A stretch of 64,000 nt of DNA, from assembly GCA_043228905.1 (NCBI GenBank), contig JBHGNT010000008.1, positions 7,130,001 through 7,194,000 on the forward strand, in the 5' to 3' direction. Source of the DNA: Azolla caroliniana (Eukaryota > Plantae > Polypodiophyta). This document shows, in pieces, positions 38,627-51,590 of the stretch. Every line of letters begins with the position of its first letter. Within the stretch, counting starts at the first letter, position 1. Both the position numbers and the translations under genes were made by a program. The notes beneath the pieces are model-generated. The model saw only the letters and a program-made list of their open reading frames with translations. It did no database searches and was not told where the DNA came from.

Positions 38627-40382
38627 TGTCGCGAAGTTTCGCGCGCGTGTGTTACTTGGGCGGGACCACGGGGGTCTCGGACTAGGGAGTACTCAAGGGA
38701 TAGAGAAGACCCGAGGTTTGCTTTATGACAATACTACTTCCCCACCCCTTCCCGAGCAAGGTCTCGTTCCCCTTTTGTTTTGTGAGGCCGGTGACTCTCG
38801 TTGATCACGACTCGTCGACCTTCCGAGATCACCGTACGAGCCAAGTGACCAAACGAGTACAAGCAAGATGAGCACTCAACATGAACGCGCAAGGGGACGA
38901 TAACACAAACACGAATGTCCGTATGGCTTTATGAGGAGGAGAGGTGCATGGGCGCGCCTGAACGCTCCCTCGTGACAAGACGTCGAACGTACGAGGAAGA
39001 CACAAAACACACGCACAAAATGCTCGTATGCCTTTATGAGGAGGAGAGGTGCATGGGCAAGCCCGAACGGTCCCGTCGTCACAAGACGGCCAAACGTACA
39101 AGGAAGACACAAACACACGCACAAATGCTCGTACGTCTTTATGAGGAGGAGAGGTGCATGGGCAAGCCCGAACGGTCCCCTCGTCACAAGACGGCCAAAC
39201 GTACAAGGAAGACACAAACACACGCACAAATGCTCGTACGCCTTTATGAGGAGGAGAGGTGCATGGGCAAGCCCGAACGGTCCCCTCGTCACAAGACGGT
39301 CGAACGTACAAGGAGGACATAAACACACGCACAAAATGCTCGTACGCCTTTTTGAGGAGGAGAGGTGCATGGGCAAGCCCAAACGGTCCCCTCGTCACAA
39401 GACGGCCGAACGTACAAGGAGGACACAAACACACATACAAATGCTCGTACGCCTTTATGAGGAGGAGAGGTGCATGGGCAAGCCCGAACGGTCCCCTCGT
39501 CACAAGACGGCCGAACGTACAAGAAAGACACGAATAAAGAAAGAAGGAGAGAAAGAAACACGAACAATAATGACCAAAGAGTTAAATACGTGTTTGATTC
39601 TAATGCAAGAGGACCCTTTATAAAATAGGGTTTTTATTTTATTTTTTTACAATGGCAACTTATAGTTAACCACAAGCTCAATCAAAACATAAATATTAAA
39701 TGCCCTTAGAGACAAGGCAAAACCGAACACGGCGAAGACGAACACACGAGCACCACCAAAATGCCAATCCCAACGAACCACGACCACCCGAACGGCAAGC
39801 ACACGGGCTCGCAACGACGAACGGGGCGGAGCAACGTCGAGCCAACGAAGCTTGGGCTCATGGCGATGGGGGGATGAAGGGGTATGAGATGAAGAAACGT
39901 GGTGAATAAGGAGATGAAGAGCTTCGAAGGAAAATTGGCGATAGTCTCCTCCTCCCAAAACGTCCCTCCAAATGAGCCCCCCTCGACCTCCTTTTATAGG
40001 AAAAAAAGAAGGGGGGGGTCGCCAAATTTGTCTTCAATGAAAAGGAATAAAATTCCTTAAATCACGCTACATTGTAAGACTAGATTCAAACCGTGCACCT
40101 CTAGGTAGTAGTCAATGTGACTATTCACTAACCCACTAACTCTTTCTTATATAATATGTAAGTCTATTTCTATAAATTTATAGCCTGTCTCCCCTCTACC
40201 CTTTATCTCACCTCTCTCTTACTTTTTGCACGAGCTTCTATACCTCCCTTTTACCCTTTCTTTTCCTTTTTATTTTGCATATGCACAATTAATTGCTTTT
40301 GTGTGCACACACATTGCACATGCACATTTTTGACCCCCTTTTCGCCGGTTTTTCCCACCCTCGAGCACGCCACATCATGACA
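38627..40382 (-). mobile_element. Long solo LTR (1756 bp), family X-related
   Basis: TG...CA ends, 4-bp TSD GCGT, U5 motif GAGACCCCCGTGGTCCC on the minus strand, TATA near 39995. Confidence 0.8.
38920..39530. repeat. ~105-bp tandem repeat, 6 copies, inside the solo LTR
   Basis: (A/T)TGAGGAGGAGAGGTGCATGGGC at 38931, 39036, 39141, 39246, ~39352, ~39457. Confidence 0.92.
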
Positions 40383-40821
40383 GCGTCAGTAGTACGAAGC
40401 CTAGAAATATATCACCCACTCCATACTCTACTTTTGTTGTTCAAATATATATATACATAGCAAAAAGACAACCACCTCAGCATTATGGCAAGCTCCACTC
40501 AAACAAGGAAATACTCGATAGATAAACTTACTACAAAGAACTACAGAATTTGGAAACCAAGGATGGAGCTACTACTTGATCTAGAGGAGCTACTTGAAGT
40601 CACCACTGGAACTTGTCAAGCACCGAAAAATACACAATCAGAAGCATGGAAATATTGGAAAAACAAAGACAAAAGGGCAAAACTTGAAATATTGCTACAT
40701 GTAGAAGACAAGCAAGCTGATGCCATTCAAAAACTCACAACTGTAGCAGAAATGTGGTCCAAACTAAAACAAATGCTTGAACCACAAGATGATGTACTAC
40801 TACTAGCATCTATACTCTTGT

Positions 40822-41255
40822 TGTCATGATATGGCAAGAGTCGAACCCATGACCTTATGTTATATGGGTCGAGCTCTTGACCATTATACCATCTATTGTA
40901 ATACGTAAGATATTATTTTCATTTAAATTTTATTATAGGAAATTAATGTATATTCCAGATTTCTCTAGAACATTCTAGAAGCTTCAGGATTACTCCTAAG
41001 AACACTATAAAAGAAGGCACTAGGCATTATTTTGAACCAAATTGGTTAAATGCTAGTCTTAAGCCTCATAGCCATCTTGTACTTACTCTTCCTATAATAT
41101 ATCATCTGTTATCATCATCATCATCTCTCTCTCTCTCTCTCTTCTCTTCTCTTTCCTCCCTCTCGGGAGTCTTACGCAATCCCATCCTCTTAGTACTAAT
41201 AGTACTTCCCTTCTCTAGTACTAATTCTCTCTCTGTTTTAGTACTATTCCTGACA
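40822..41255 (+). mobile_element. Solo LTR (434 bp)
   Basis: TGTCATGA...TCCTGACA; 5-bp TSD CTTGT/CTTGC; excision restores the copia gag. Confidence 0.8.
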
Positions 41256-41331
41256 CTTGCTACCCTGTTTCACATGTGTGTTTTGCAGGAAGAAGAAGAT
41301 GTTCTTACCTTCGTGGATACCTAGGAGACGT

Positions 41332-42121
41332 TGTCGTGCCTTTCTGCGTCGAATTGTTATGTGAGTCGGGTGGGAACCGCTGGGGTTTTGGACTAGGAGA
41401 AAGAAGAATATGAGATAAGGCTCCTTATGAATGGATTCCAAGAAAGAGATATATTTGAAGGAAGATATGAAACTCGTGAATCCCACGAGTATAGTGTGTT
41501 AATTGATACTTAGAATGTAAGAGAGAAATAGATGGCAAAATTGTGAATCCCACGAATAGTTTTATCTTATTCAAACCTTATACAAATCAACCCCCCTATA
41601 CATCTTTCTCTCTTCCTTATATAGTGTTGGAAGAGTCTAAGTTTATCACATGCCAGTATCATGCTTTTTCTAACTTTAGTTTTCATGCACACTGCATGTG
41701 CATGTCTATCCCATCTTTTCTTTTAACTCGAGTGTGCATGAATAACTTTTTGTACTATGCATATCTAGAATATTTACATGGGATAAAATTTAGTATAACT
41801 TTAAAATTCATAATATGCTAGTATAGTGGTAAGGCTTAAAAATCGTTAACATGGAGGTACAGGGTTCGAATCCTGCCCTATGCATGTAACAATCTTTTCT
41901 TCTATTTACAAATTTGTCTCTTCATCCGGTGAGAGACTCTCACCGGTCTTCTTTATCCGGCTCTTGTCGGTTTTGCTTGATCCGGTTCTTACTGGGTCTC
42001 CTTATCGGTTCCTCCTTGCTGATTCCATCCTTCATCCGGTTCTCATCGGTTCCTCCTTGCCGATTCCATCCGGAGGGACAAAAATGTGATTTTCACGTAG
42101 TGTGTGAATTACACTACGACA
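41332..42121 (-). mobile_element. Solo LTR (790 bp), same subfamily as 53565-54287
   Basis: TGTCGT...ACGACA; perfect 4-bp TSD ACGT. Confidence 0.85.
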
Positions 42122-42588
42122 ACGTAACTCGAAGAAGCCACCACTGCGGGAAACGAAATCTTAGAAGAAATGAAGATTGGGCTGCTATTGAGTAAACTTC
42201 CAAAATCCTGGAGCACATTTGTCACCATGAATAGCCAAGGTAATTCTTTGTCTGATTTGATTACCAAGATCCGCCATGAAAAACTTCGACAACAATTAAA
42301 AGAATCCACTCTGTTTCTGGCAATGACTGCATCATTTAGCAAAACACAAAAATCATCTTATAATAATAGATATAGAGCTAAATCAGATGCTTACAGAAGT
42401 GCAGAAATATCAAGTCCCAACAAGGTAAATGATGCTTGGAAAGCTTCAACAAAACAATCCAATGGTGGTTTCAAATTGATTTGCGGATATTGTAAGAAAG
42501 ATGACATACAGAGAGAGTTTTTCATTTCAAACAAGTTGTGGAAAACAAAAGACAATCACAAGCAAATAATGCAATTGTAAAGAATCAA

Positions 42589-43476
42589 TGTTGATTCTTG
42601 TGTAGCAGAAGATATGTGTGTTATGTGTATGTGTGAGAGGAAAGAGGAGAGGAGAGAAACACAAGATGGATAAGAGACAAAATGAAGCACTCAAGAAGAA
42701 GGAGATGTATATTAATAAGGAGAATATAATAAATCAAAATGTAGCATTAGAAGGAGTCACAACCGACTTAGTATAAAGTAGGAGGGTGCTTTATATAAGG
42801 TCACCCTCTCTCTTCATTAACTTATTATAACTTCCACTCTCTCTCTAGAACCTTAAGGAATGTGAAGACTCATAGTCATTGGGAATATGGAACTCATTAG
42901 TTATGTGTCATAGAATATGATTCTATGACACATAGTTTAATGTGTAGGGAGTGGTATGACTCTTGACCTTTGAGTGCACATAGATTCTCAAAGGTGTGTT
43001 CACACGTTGCACTATGTTGAGCTTGATTCTCAACACGCCCCCTCAAGTTCAACTCGGGTCGGTTCCTTTTGCTTCATGACCGCTTCAGATGGTATCCGGT
43101 TTAGACGATCTTCGTTGTCCGTTTTGGCTCATACCCGATTCGGACGGTATCCGGTTCTCGCTTGTACTCCCCCTCAAGCTTGGCAAGTCAGGGATCGTCA
43201 ATCCAAGATCTGACATGAATTGCCAAAGCTTGTCAGCTCCTAGGGCCTTCGTGAAGATGCCGGCCATTTGAAGATTTGTATTGATGTGTTGAAGGTCTAC
43301 ATCTCCGGCTTGAACACGCTCCCAAATTAAGTGATAGTGCACTTCGATATGCTTCGTGCGTGCGTGGAACACTGGGTTCCGAGCCAGATAAATATTGCTC
43401 ATGTTGTTGCAGTAAAGGAGAGTCGGATCCTTGATGGGAACGCCTAGATCCTTCAAAATCCTCTTGAGCCATATGG
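42589..43476 (-). mobile_element. Copia B 3' end: RNase H, PPT, 3' LTR 42589-43035
   Basis: IWLKRILKDLG, NPVFHARTKHIEVHYH, IFTKAL, LRG; PPT GAGGGGGCG; TGTTGA...TCAACA. Confidence 0.88.
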
Positions 43477-46285
43477 TGTCGTGAAGATTTCCGGCTATAG
43501 TGTGAAACCGGGGTGGAATAGGGCAAGTCGATGGTGTGCAACATGTGCACATGTATAGTAGGAAAACAGTGTATAGAATAAAGGGGGAGTATTTGTCCCA
43601 CATTGTAACGCCCTCCCCTCCTTGGTGTATAAAAGGAAGGGAGGGGTCTCTTGTATGGGGTTGCCCATTTTGAGTCGTAAGGGTATACCATTTTGTGGAG
43701 GGTCTTTCTTTTGTTAAGGGTTCCTAGGGTTAGTAACTTCCTGTTTCTTTTTTTTCTTCTTCTTCTCCTTCTTGAGAAGTCGGGCGCCACAACTATGGTG
43801 GCAAGGCAATTAGGTTGACTTCTTTCTTCGGAGCGTAGCCGGCTCGAAGCAAGGTTCTATCTTTTCCTTGAAATATATATATATAATCATATATGTTTGT
43901 GCATATTGATGTATTCGGTGGTGCCGGGAGCTTAGCCCCTTTGGTTTCCTGTGTATACGAGTCGGTGTCGCACGCATGGTCTCTCCCCCCTTATTCTCTC
44001 TCTCGTGTTTGGCTGCCTCGGGGTCGTGTCCGGAGTTGGTTTTCTTGGCATCCCTTTCTCCCTCGTCCGAGACCCCCGTGGTCCTGCCCCTTCTACACAC
44101 ACACGCGTAATAATGCGACATCTTTGGTGAACCCGACGTGAAGGGCGGCAAGGGAGAATGGAGTTGGAAGAAGACAACTTCACGCAATTGTTTGTCAAAG
44201 CGGTGAGGGAGTTTGGACGAGCAACAACAAGAAGGGAGACGACGCAACAAGCTATTGAGCGAATGGTCGAAAGAGTCGGCCGTTTCAACGGGGACAAAGT
44301 CCCATTCTACTTGGAAGCCTACAACGTGGAAATGGAGGAGCGAGGCGTAGACGAGGCGTTGAGGCTGGGGTTCTTCTATCGGGTCCTCGCCGTCCGCATG
44401 CACATGGAAGTGAAGGAGCTCCGAGAAGCTCATAGTTCGTGGGAGTCCTTTGAAGAGGCGCTCTTGCAAGCATATGGAAGACGATGGAAGAGCCGGGGAC
44501 AACGCGGCTTCAACCAGTGGGTGGCATCGGTGAAGACCCACCGGGGCGCAACGAAGGCGTTCCGAGAGTTCGAGCGATGACTTGCTCGGCTCCTAGAGTG
44601 GGAGCAAGATTTGGTGGGGGCGGACAAAGTCCTGTTGTTTGTTAGGTTAATCGACCGAGCGGAACGGGAGGCCATCAGGATTGAGCTCGAAGACGAGGAC
44701 AGAGTGAATGGCCTAATGGAGGACTGGGCGAAGGTTGGAAGGGTATGCCAACGACTAGATGACAAGCGGGCCGAGAAGGCTAGGAGGAAGGTGCACGACG
44801 GTGCGCCATCACATCGGGAAGAGGTCAAATGACAAAGAGAGTCGGCAAGACTCGGCTTCGGGGCCAAGATTGCGGGGGCGTACGCAGCTCTCGAGGAAAT
44901 GCTCGAGGAAGAGGAAAGATCGAGACTGCAAGCCGACGCAGAGGAGACGGACCTGCCCCATGAGATGGCAGGAGATCGGTATGACGGTACCACGGGAGAG
45001 GGTGCGGAACAAAACTCCCTCTCAGCCTGCAGAGATAGAATGACTGAGGACAAGGCCGAGGTACTGATTGCAGAATCGGAACGTTGGGACCGGTGGTTTT
45101 GGGCGTGTCAGCCCGAAACTCCGGACATTGGAGAAGCAAACCCAGGCGGGTCTTGCGCGATCGGTAGGAAGACGAACACTGACCAGGAGGAGTCGATGGC
45201 TACGGACAAGGGTGCAAATAGGATGGGATATTCTATGCGTCTTCCCACACTTGCTCCCAAGACGATGGCAGTCGGGCCCGAGTGCCCACATGAGTCTCAA
45301 GAGGAGGAGGGCGGCGGCGGGAGACCGAGAATCGCCGGCAAGATGATGCGAGGAAGGAGCGGAAAAAAGCCCTTGGAACCGATTCCGGAGAACTCGACAT
45401 TCGGGTCCTTATGCCCACGTGAGACCGAGGAGATGGATGACGGTGATGAGGAGTCCTGGCACGATGCTAGCAAAGATGGATGGGAAATGGCCCGCGAAAA
45501 GGTCGACGAAGGAACCATGAAACGACCCGACCGGGGACCGAACCACGCGGCACTCCGATCGTGGATTGTTCGACCGGGGCCAAAATCGGCATGAAAGTGC
45601 CGATACGGAAGAGGGTGCGGGACGAGCCGCCCTCTTTTACATGGGGAGACAGACTGATTGGGCGAAGGTCGAGAATCGGAGGGAGGTGATTAAGGGTTTG
45701 GAATGCGACCGGCAGGATCGGCATCGGAGCCGAAACTCCGGACATTGGAGAATCAAGCCCAGGCGGGGCTTGGTTCATCACAGACCGGATGCTATCCACC
45801 GACACCATTAAAAGGGTCGATGGCCCGGGACGAGTCGCTGAAAGACGTTACAAAATCGGTTACCCCATATCTTGATCGAAGACTTCGGCAGTTCAAGCCA
45901 ACGAGGCAATGTGAGTCCGAAAGAGAAGGGAGATGGAAGGGAAGCACAAGGGAGGGATTAACGGCGACGGGGGAGGGGAGAAACAGAAGAGGCGGTTGAC
46001 TGAAGTATGGGTCCTCCACACTCGTTCCCAAGACTTAGGCAGTTGCGTTCGAGGACCGACGGAAGGTGGCAGTGAGGAGGCGGAAGTCACGGCCGATATA
46101 ACCAATCCGGAGCAGAGAATGAAAGGCCAGTCCTATGGGTTACCTCACACTGGGCTAGAGACTTCGGCGGTCGGCATTGGATCTGACGTAAGACCAAGAT
46201 ACTGACGGTGGCGGTAGGGGAATGGGACCCGACAGACCCAGACGAGAACCGGGCGGAGTGGACTTCCGGATAACCAGTCCGGAAG
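43477..46285 (+). mobile_element. Family X-related element: LTR 43477-44120, tRNA-Trp PBS, gag N-terminus, then a divergent repeat-rich ORF; no pol seen
   Basis: PBS TGGTGAACCCGACGTGAA 44125-44142; gag VGRFNGDKVPFYLEAY and KVLLFV; acidic/G-rich ORF 44899-45594. Confidence 0.8.
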
Positions 46286-49200
46286 GAAGAGTGAGATGGA
46301 GACTCTACCGAAAGCACTCGGGCGTTCCGCGGAGCAGAGTCAACCTTCCGAAAACTTGCACAGAGAAAATAAAGAGAAAGACGGAGGAGAAGAGCTCGGT
46401 CCTAGCCTGACAACACTTCATCCTCGGCAAAAAAAGAGATCCCTTTTACGATTCCTCTCCCTCTCTTTTATAGCCCAAGGAGGGAGGCCGTTACAACTTG
46501 TTACATCATCTTTATTCCCTGTCCTTTCAGACAGAGATATGCCTCAATTTCCTACCTATCAAATCCGTGTGACCTAGGATATTCACATCAGCCGACTTGT
46601 ACCTAAATATGTACATTACAACAAAACTTGTGCCCGCGTGTAAGGGCCGGTTCGCGCACATCATTCTCCGATTCCGCCGAGGGACGGTTTTCTCAATGAT
46701 ATCTGCCCCCACCTAACCGCGCATCCACCGATATGCACCAAAATAGACTCTTGCCGGAGAAGACCGGCCCGCGCTTACCCTTCGTCCTCCGGATCGCCAT
46801 TTGCTCCGAACCGGTCGTCCTCGCTATCCAAGTCGTCCGGGTTCGGTTCATCCTCGTGCCGCTTTTTGAACGCTTTGATCCTTTTCCCGGCCACCGGTAT
46901 TGCCATCCTCATCCCGTCAAGCTCCGCGAGATGATAGGTGCCATTGTCATTGGCGCTTGTCACCACGTAAGGCCCGAACCACCTCCTTGCGAACTTCCGC
47001 GTCGCCTTGTGCTGGTTGTCGAGGCTGCTGTCATATACCAGAACCCAATCGCCTTCCTCGATTTTCTTCGGCCTTAGTCGGTGAGTCCGATCAAATCGCC
47101 CCTTGTTCTTTACCCTCGCGGCCCGCAACTTTTTCGTGGCTCATTCCACATCCTCCGGTCTTCGCTCGAGCTGCCGGATCCGCGCCGCTAACAGCTCCTC
47201 CTGGCTCATCTCGCTTCTCTAGTCCACTGTGACCCATGAGGAGATCGTTTGCTCCATTGGCATGACCAGCTTTTGTCCATACATCAGCTCCGCCGGCATG
47301 AACCCAATTACCACACTGTGCGTAGTTCGGTCGGCCCACAACGCATAGGGTAAGAGACGCGGCCAGTTTCCGACTTGGCCTCCACATGCCTGCACTAACG
47401 CTTTGACGATCGTCTCGTGTCCGCGTTCCACCTTCTCGTTCGCCTCCGGATTGTACGCCGTGGTGAGTGAGAGTTTAACCCCTAGCTAGTCAAATAGCTC
47501 TTCAACCTCTTGTGCGTCTAGTTCTCCGCGGTCGGCTACGATCTTTCCTACGCACCCGTACTAGCATACCACTTCTTCGATCAAAAATCGGCACATAACC
47601 GCAGTCGTTTTGTTCGGCAATGCTCGGCCTTCCACTTGGTTTGTTAGGTCCTCTCGAGCTAGCACCAGATATTGCATCTACCCTACCCCCATCGGCATCG
47701 TCACCAGATCCACCATCCACTTGAAGTGGACAGTCAGAGGGTAGGTCGGGTGGAGCTCGTCCCGATGTCGGGCTATGGAGTGCATCTGACAGCTTTCACA
47801 AGCCGTCACGAACTGATGCATGTCCCAGTATAGTCCCAGCCTCCAGTACTTCCCCTTCAGCTTCTCGAATGTGGCCCACGTCCCATGGTGTCCGGCCCAG
47901 GGACTCTCGTGGTACGCCGTCAATAGTTCCACCTGCTCCTCTTTCTTCGCCACAACCCGGAGCGGGATGTTGTTTCTCTTCTTCGGGTGCTTCCATATGC
48001 ACCCATCCAGTAGGAAGAATCGGTACGCTTTCTTCCGAATCCAGTTGGTCTCTTCCTTCGTCCACGCCACATCCGGTGTCATTGTCTTCAGGAACTCGCC
48101 GATCTGGAGCCACTCTCCGTCGTACTAGCTCTCGTCGAACTCGTTAAACGCCGGAGTGCTCCCTTTCCTTGTTGTTACGTAAGCCATCGCAAAGAAGCCC
48201 ACGCCAACTTCTTCGTCCTCCGAAATCATGCCGTCCTCATCATCAAATCTCCCCCTCGAAAGCATGTCGGCCATGGCGTTATCTTTTCCGGAAATGTGTC
48301 GTATCTCCGGATTTAGGGACTTGATGTACGCTATCCACCTGAGCATTGCCAGGTCTGGCGTCGCGCATCCGGAAACCATACCGAGAATCGGCGGGCAGTC
48401 CGTCTCAATTATCGCCTCCGTCCCGATCAAATAGTCTTTTTTGGACTTGACTGCCGAAACGATACCCCAGAGTTCGCGTTTAACCTGTGCGTACCCTTGC
48501 CGTCGTTCACTGAGAACTTTTGCGCCGAACCGGATGGGGAACCTTGTGCCATTCTCATCCTCCTTGTTGATCACCCATCCGATTCCGATCGGACTCATGT
48601 CTACGGTCACGTAAATCAGAATGTCTCTACCGTAGACCGCTTTCCGGAGTGCTGGCGTCGTAGCAAGTGCTCCTTTCATTTTCTGGATCGACTTCGTATG
48701 CTCCTCTCTCCACTTGAATTTACGCCCTTTCTTCAACAATACATAGAGCGGCTCCGCGACGTGGGCGTAATGCGGGATCTAGATATGGTAGAACATGCAT
48801 GCTCCCAAGAATCTCCGGACTTCCGTGACCGCATTGCAGTCGCGCTTCATCGCGGAGATGGCCTCTACCTTGGCCGGCGATGGTTTCCGACCAAATGGCC
48901 CGCATAGGTGTCCGAAGACCATGATCTCCGATTGCCTGAAGGCCGATTTTTCTCCGGAGAAGGTGAGCCTCGCACCCTCTAGTCTTTGCAGCACCTTCTC
49001 GCAGTCATCGACGTGGTCTGCCATGAATTTCCGGTATCCGTCCGGTCCGATTGTCTCGTCCTTATCCTCCACCGGGCATCCTTTGATCGGGATGTCATCT
49101 AAGAATGACATGGTGATGTCCGGGATACAATCCCTTAACACTTTGTTCATTGCATTCACCATGTGGGCTACCGAGTTCGTCCTCCCTTGCGGAAGGGTAC

Positions 49201-50182
49201 ACATCCGTACTAGGCTAAGAGGAGTCCGCATTGTCATAATGTCCCTGCTCTCCACGACTAGCTAAAACTGATCGTATCCCGAGTACAGATCACCGACCGA
49301 GTAAATTGACCTTCTAGCGAAGGCCTCCGTGAGCTCATCTATGGTCGGTCCGATTCCTGCGTTCCGAATGGTCACCTTGTTGACTGGTTGCAGGTCCTGA
49401 ATGAAGCGCATCGTGCCGTTCTTCTTGGGCACGGTGAACCACCGATTAGAATACAGTGCACTCGACAGTTTGAGGATGCCCATATCCACCTCCTGTTTCA
49501 GTAGCTCCATCAACTTCGGGATGTGAGCTCTAGGTACTGGAATCGGTTTGAGATTCCACAGTACATGCGGTACCGTGAAGATCACCATTGGTTCCACAAT
49601 CGTCGGGTCTACGCACCCGATCTCCTCCGGCGAGAATGCGAAGGCCTTCCCGTGCCTCCTGAGCATTCTCCGAAACCGGTCCTCCTCCGCCGGCAGTAGA
49701 AAGCCACCCCCACTGACCTTGAGCTCTCGTAGCGTTACACCGGTGAATCGGTGTCCTATGCCCGCCGGATCTCGTAAACTTGGGTCTGACGCAACCCCTT
49801 TCGTCCGTAACTCGCTGCCCTCCGGCAAGGGTGCCGCGACTGGCCTCACCTTCCGGTCCACAGTCTTGTACTTCGTATCCACTCGGGTCGTCCGATCCGA
49901 CTCGAGTCCTCTACTAAAGTCGGCAAGGACTTCGTACATCTTTCCGAACATACCGGAATTATCCGGTCTTCACTAAGGCCCTCTCCGAACATCTTCCGTA
50001 ACTTCCCCAAGGTGTCGTCAAGAGAGACCGCCTCCACGGCTCCGTTGATTTCCTCTTCGGGGGCGAGGACTCCGCATGCCCTGAGTCGCTCTTCTGCCCG
50101 CTTCTTCTCCCAGACAACGACGCCGACTATTGTACAACCTCCGCTGTCGGAGAACCAAAACTTCCTACCTATGTTACAGGTT

Positions 50183-50606
50183 TGTTGAGTGGCAAGCTCA
50201 ACCGGAGCCGGATCGGCTGAATAAGCTTGAGCTGGTAAGCGAGATGAATCGGTATGCCGGTGAGCAACCGAGCCGGTAAACAGTAAGGACAGGTGAGCTG
50301 GGGAGCCGGTATGCCGGATCCAATCCGTAACCGGAAGCCTAGTATAGGTTAGACTACTAGGCAGTTATAGTCTCGTAGTTAGTGTCAAATGCTCGTGTGA
50401 GCATTGAAGTACACCGTACTTCTAACAGTCCCGTGTGGACTTGTATAAATAGCGCTGATGAGCGCGTTGTAGATACAGAGCACAGAGTATTCATATAATT
50501 TTGGAAAATAGTGTGTCTTGCTCTCTCTCTCTCTCTCTCTCCCACGTACTCTCTCTCTCTCTTTGTGTACTGTTCTTTCTAACGCTTCCGCAAGCAATCT
50601 TTAACA
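50183..50606 (+). mobile_element. Copia-type solo LTR (424 bp)
   Basis: TGTTGAG...TTAACA; perfect 5-bp TSD AGGTT; excision restores the host pol frame. Confidence 0.9.
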
Positions 50607-50956
50607 AGGTTCTTTTGCCTACTGTACATGTGTGGGGTTTTTCCGGAGTGTCCGGAATATCGCGTCCCCACGTCTTGATAGCCCTCTCTAAAAATCCCCT
50701 CGGCTTTCGCCGCCGAGGGTCCCGCGGTTACGCTCGTGGTTCGGTCGTACCGTCAGAAACTGAACGGAGTGACGCCCATCCTGGCTTTTGACTTGGGCAT
50801 ACGCCGAACCGTTGTCCATCACCTTCGTCTCCATGTGCGCCGCTATGATGTACGGTTCTCCAAGTATCACCGGATGTGAGGACGTCTTCTGCACAAAGAA
50901 GTGTTGATTGATCTCGACATTGCCGATTTTCACTCGTACATTCGGGCAAGCTCCGT

Positions 50957-51590
50957 TGTCGTGAAGAAAACCGTCCCTAGGCGGAAACTGGATATAACGT
51001 GCGTAAACCGGCCCTTACACGTGGGCACAAGTTTTGTTGTATAGTACGTAGATAGGTACAAGTTGGCTGAGGTGAAATCCTAGGTAGCACGCATTGATTA
51101 GGGAGAAAATCGAGGCGTATCCATGTTCGAAAGGACAGGGAATAAACATGATGTAACGTGTGGTAACAACCTCCCTCCTTGGGCTATAAAGAGAGGGAGA
51201 GGTATTGTAAAAAGGGGATCGCGTTTTGTGGACGAGGAAGTGTTGCCGGACATAGTCGTTCTCCATAGTCGTTCTATGCAGGTTTTCGGGAGGCTGACTC
51301 TACTCTGCGGAATGCCTGAGTGCTTCTGGAAAAGTCTCCATCTCGCGTTCTGTGCATGTGTGTGCAGGCGTTGGAGCCTATCACTCGCCGGCTTGCTGGT
51401 TGTAACTCCTCGATTTATATATATACATTCGTTCTGTCTCCATCATTCGGAGTTAGTTGCAACTCCTGTGAATCAGTGTTTCTGTGAGTACATCTTTTGT
51501 TTCTTTCCCCTCTTCTCATTCGGTTATTTCTCAGTCCAAGGCCCCCGGGGTCCCGCCTCGTTCTCCGCGCACGTGCGTAACAACGCGACA
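50957..51590 (+). mobile_element. Family X solo LTR (634 bp) in the protease region of copy 2
   Basis: TGTCGTG...CGCGACA; TSD CCGT/CCAT; host reads EELHG|ACPNV. Confidence 0.88.

Larger units (their letters stand above)
38287..42588 (+). mobile_element. Copia A: 5' LTR 38287-38612, iMet PBS, gag split by solo LTRs
   Basis: PBS TGGTATGAGAGC 38613-38624; gag pieces 40485-40821 (IDKLTTKNYRIWKPRM), 41256-41331 and 42122-42580 (LLSKLPKSWSTFVT, CGYCKK). Confidence 0.85.

Noticed and set aside
38920-39530. Possible CRISPR array (also 12676-13060 and 27988-28340)
   Set aside because: Whole units repeat with no unique spacers; eukaryotic context and no cas genes.
41815-41890. Genuine tRNA gene (also 40830-40895 and 53670-53735)
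   Set aside because: A/B boxes are present, but I could not build acceptor or anticodon stems; all lie within LTRs.
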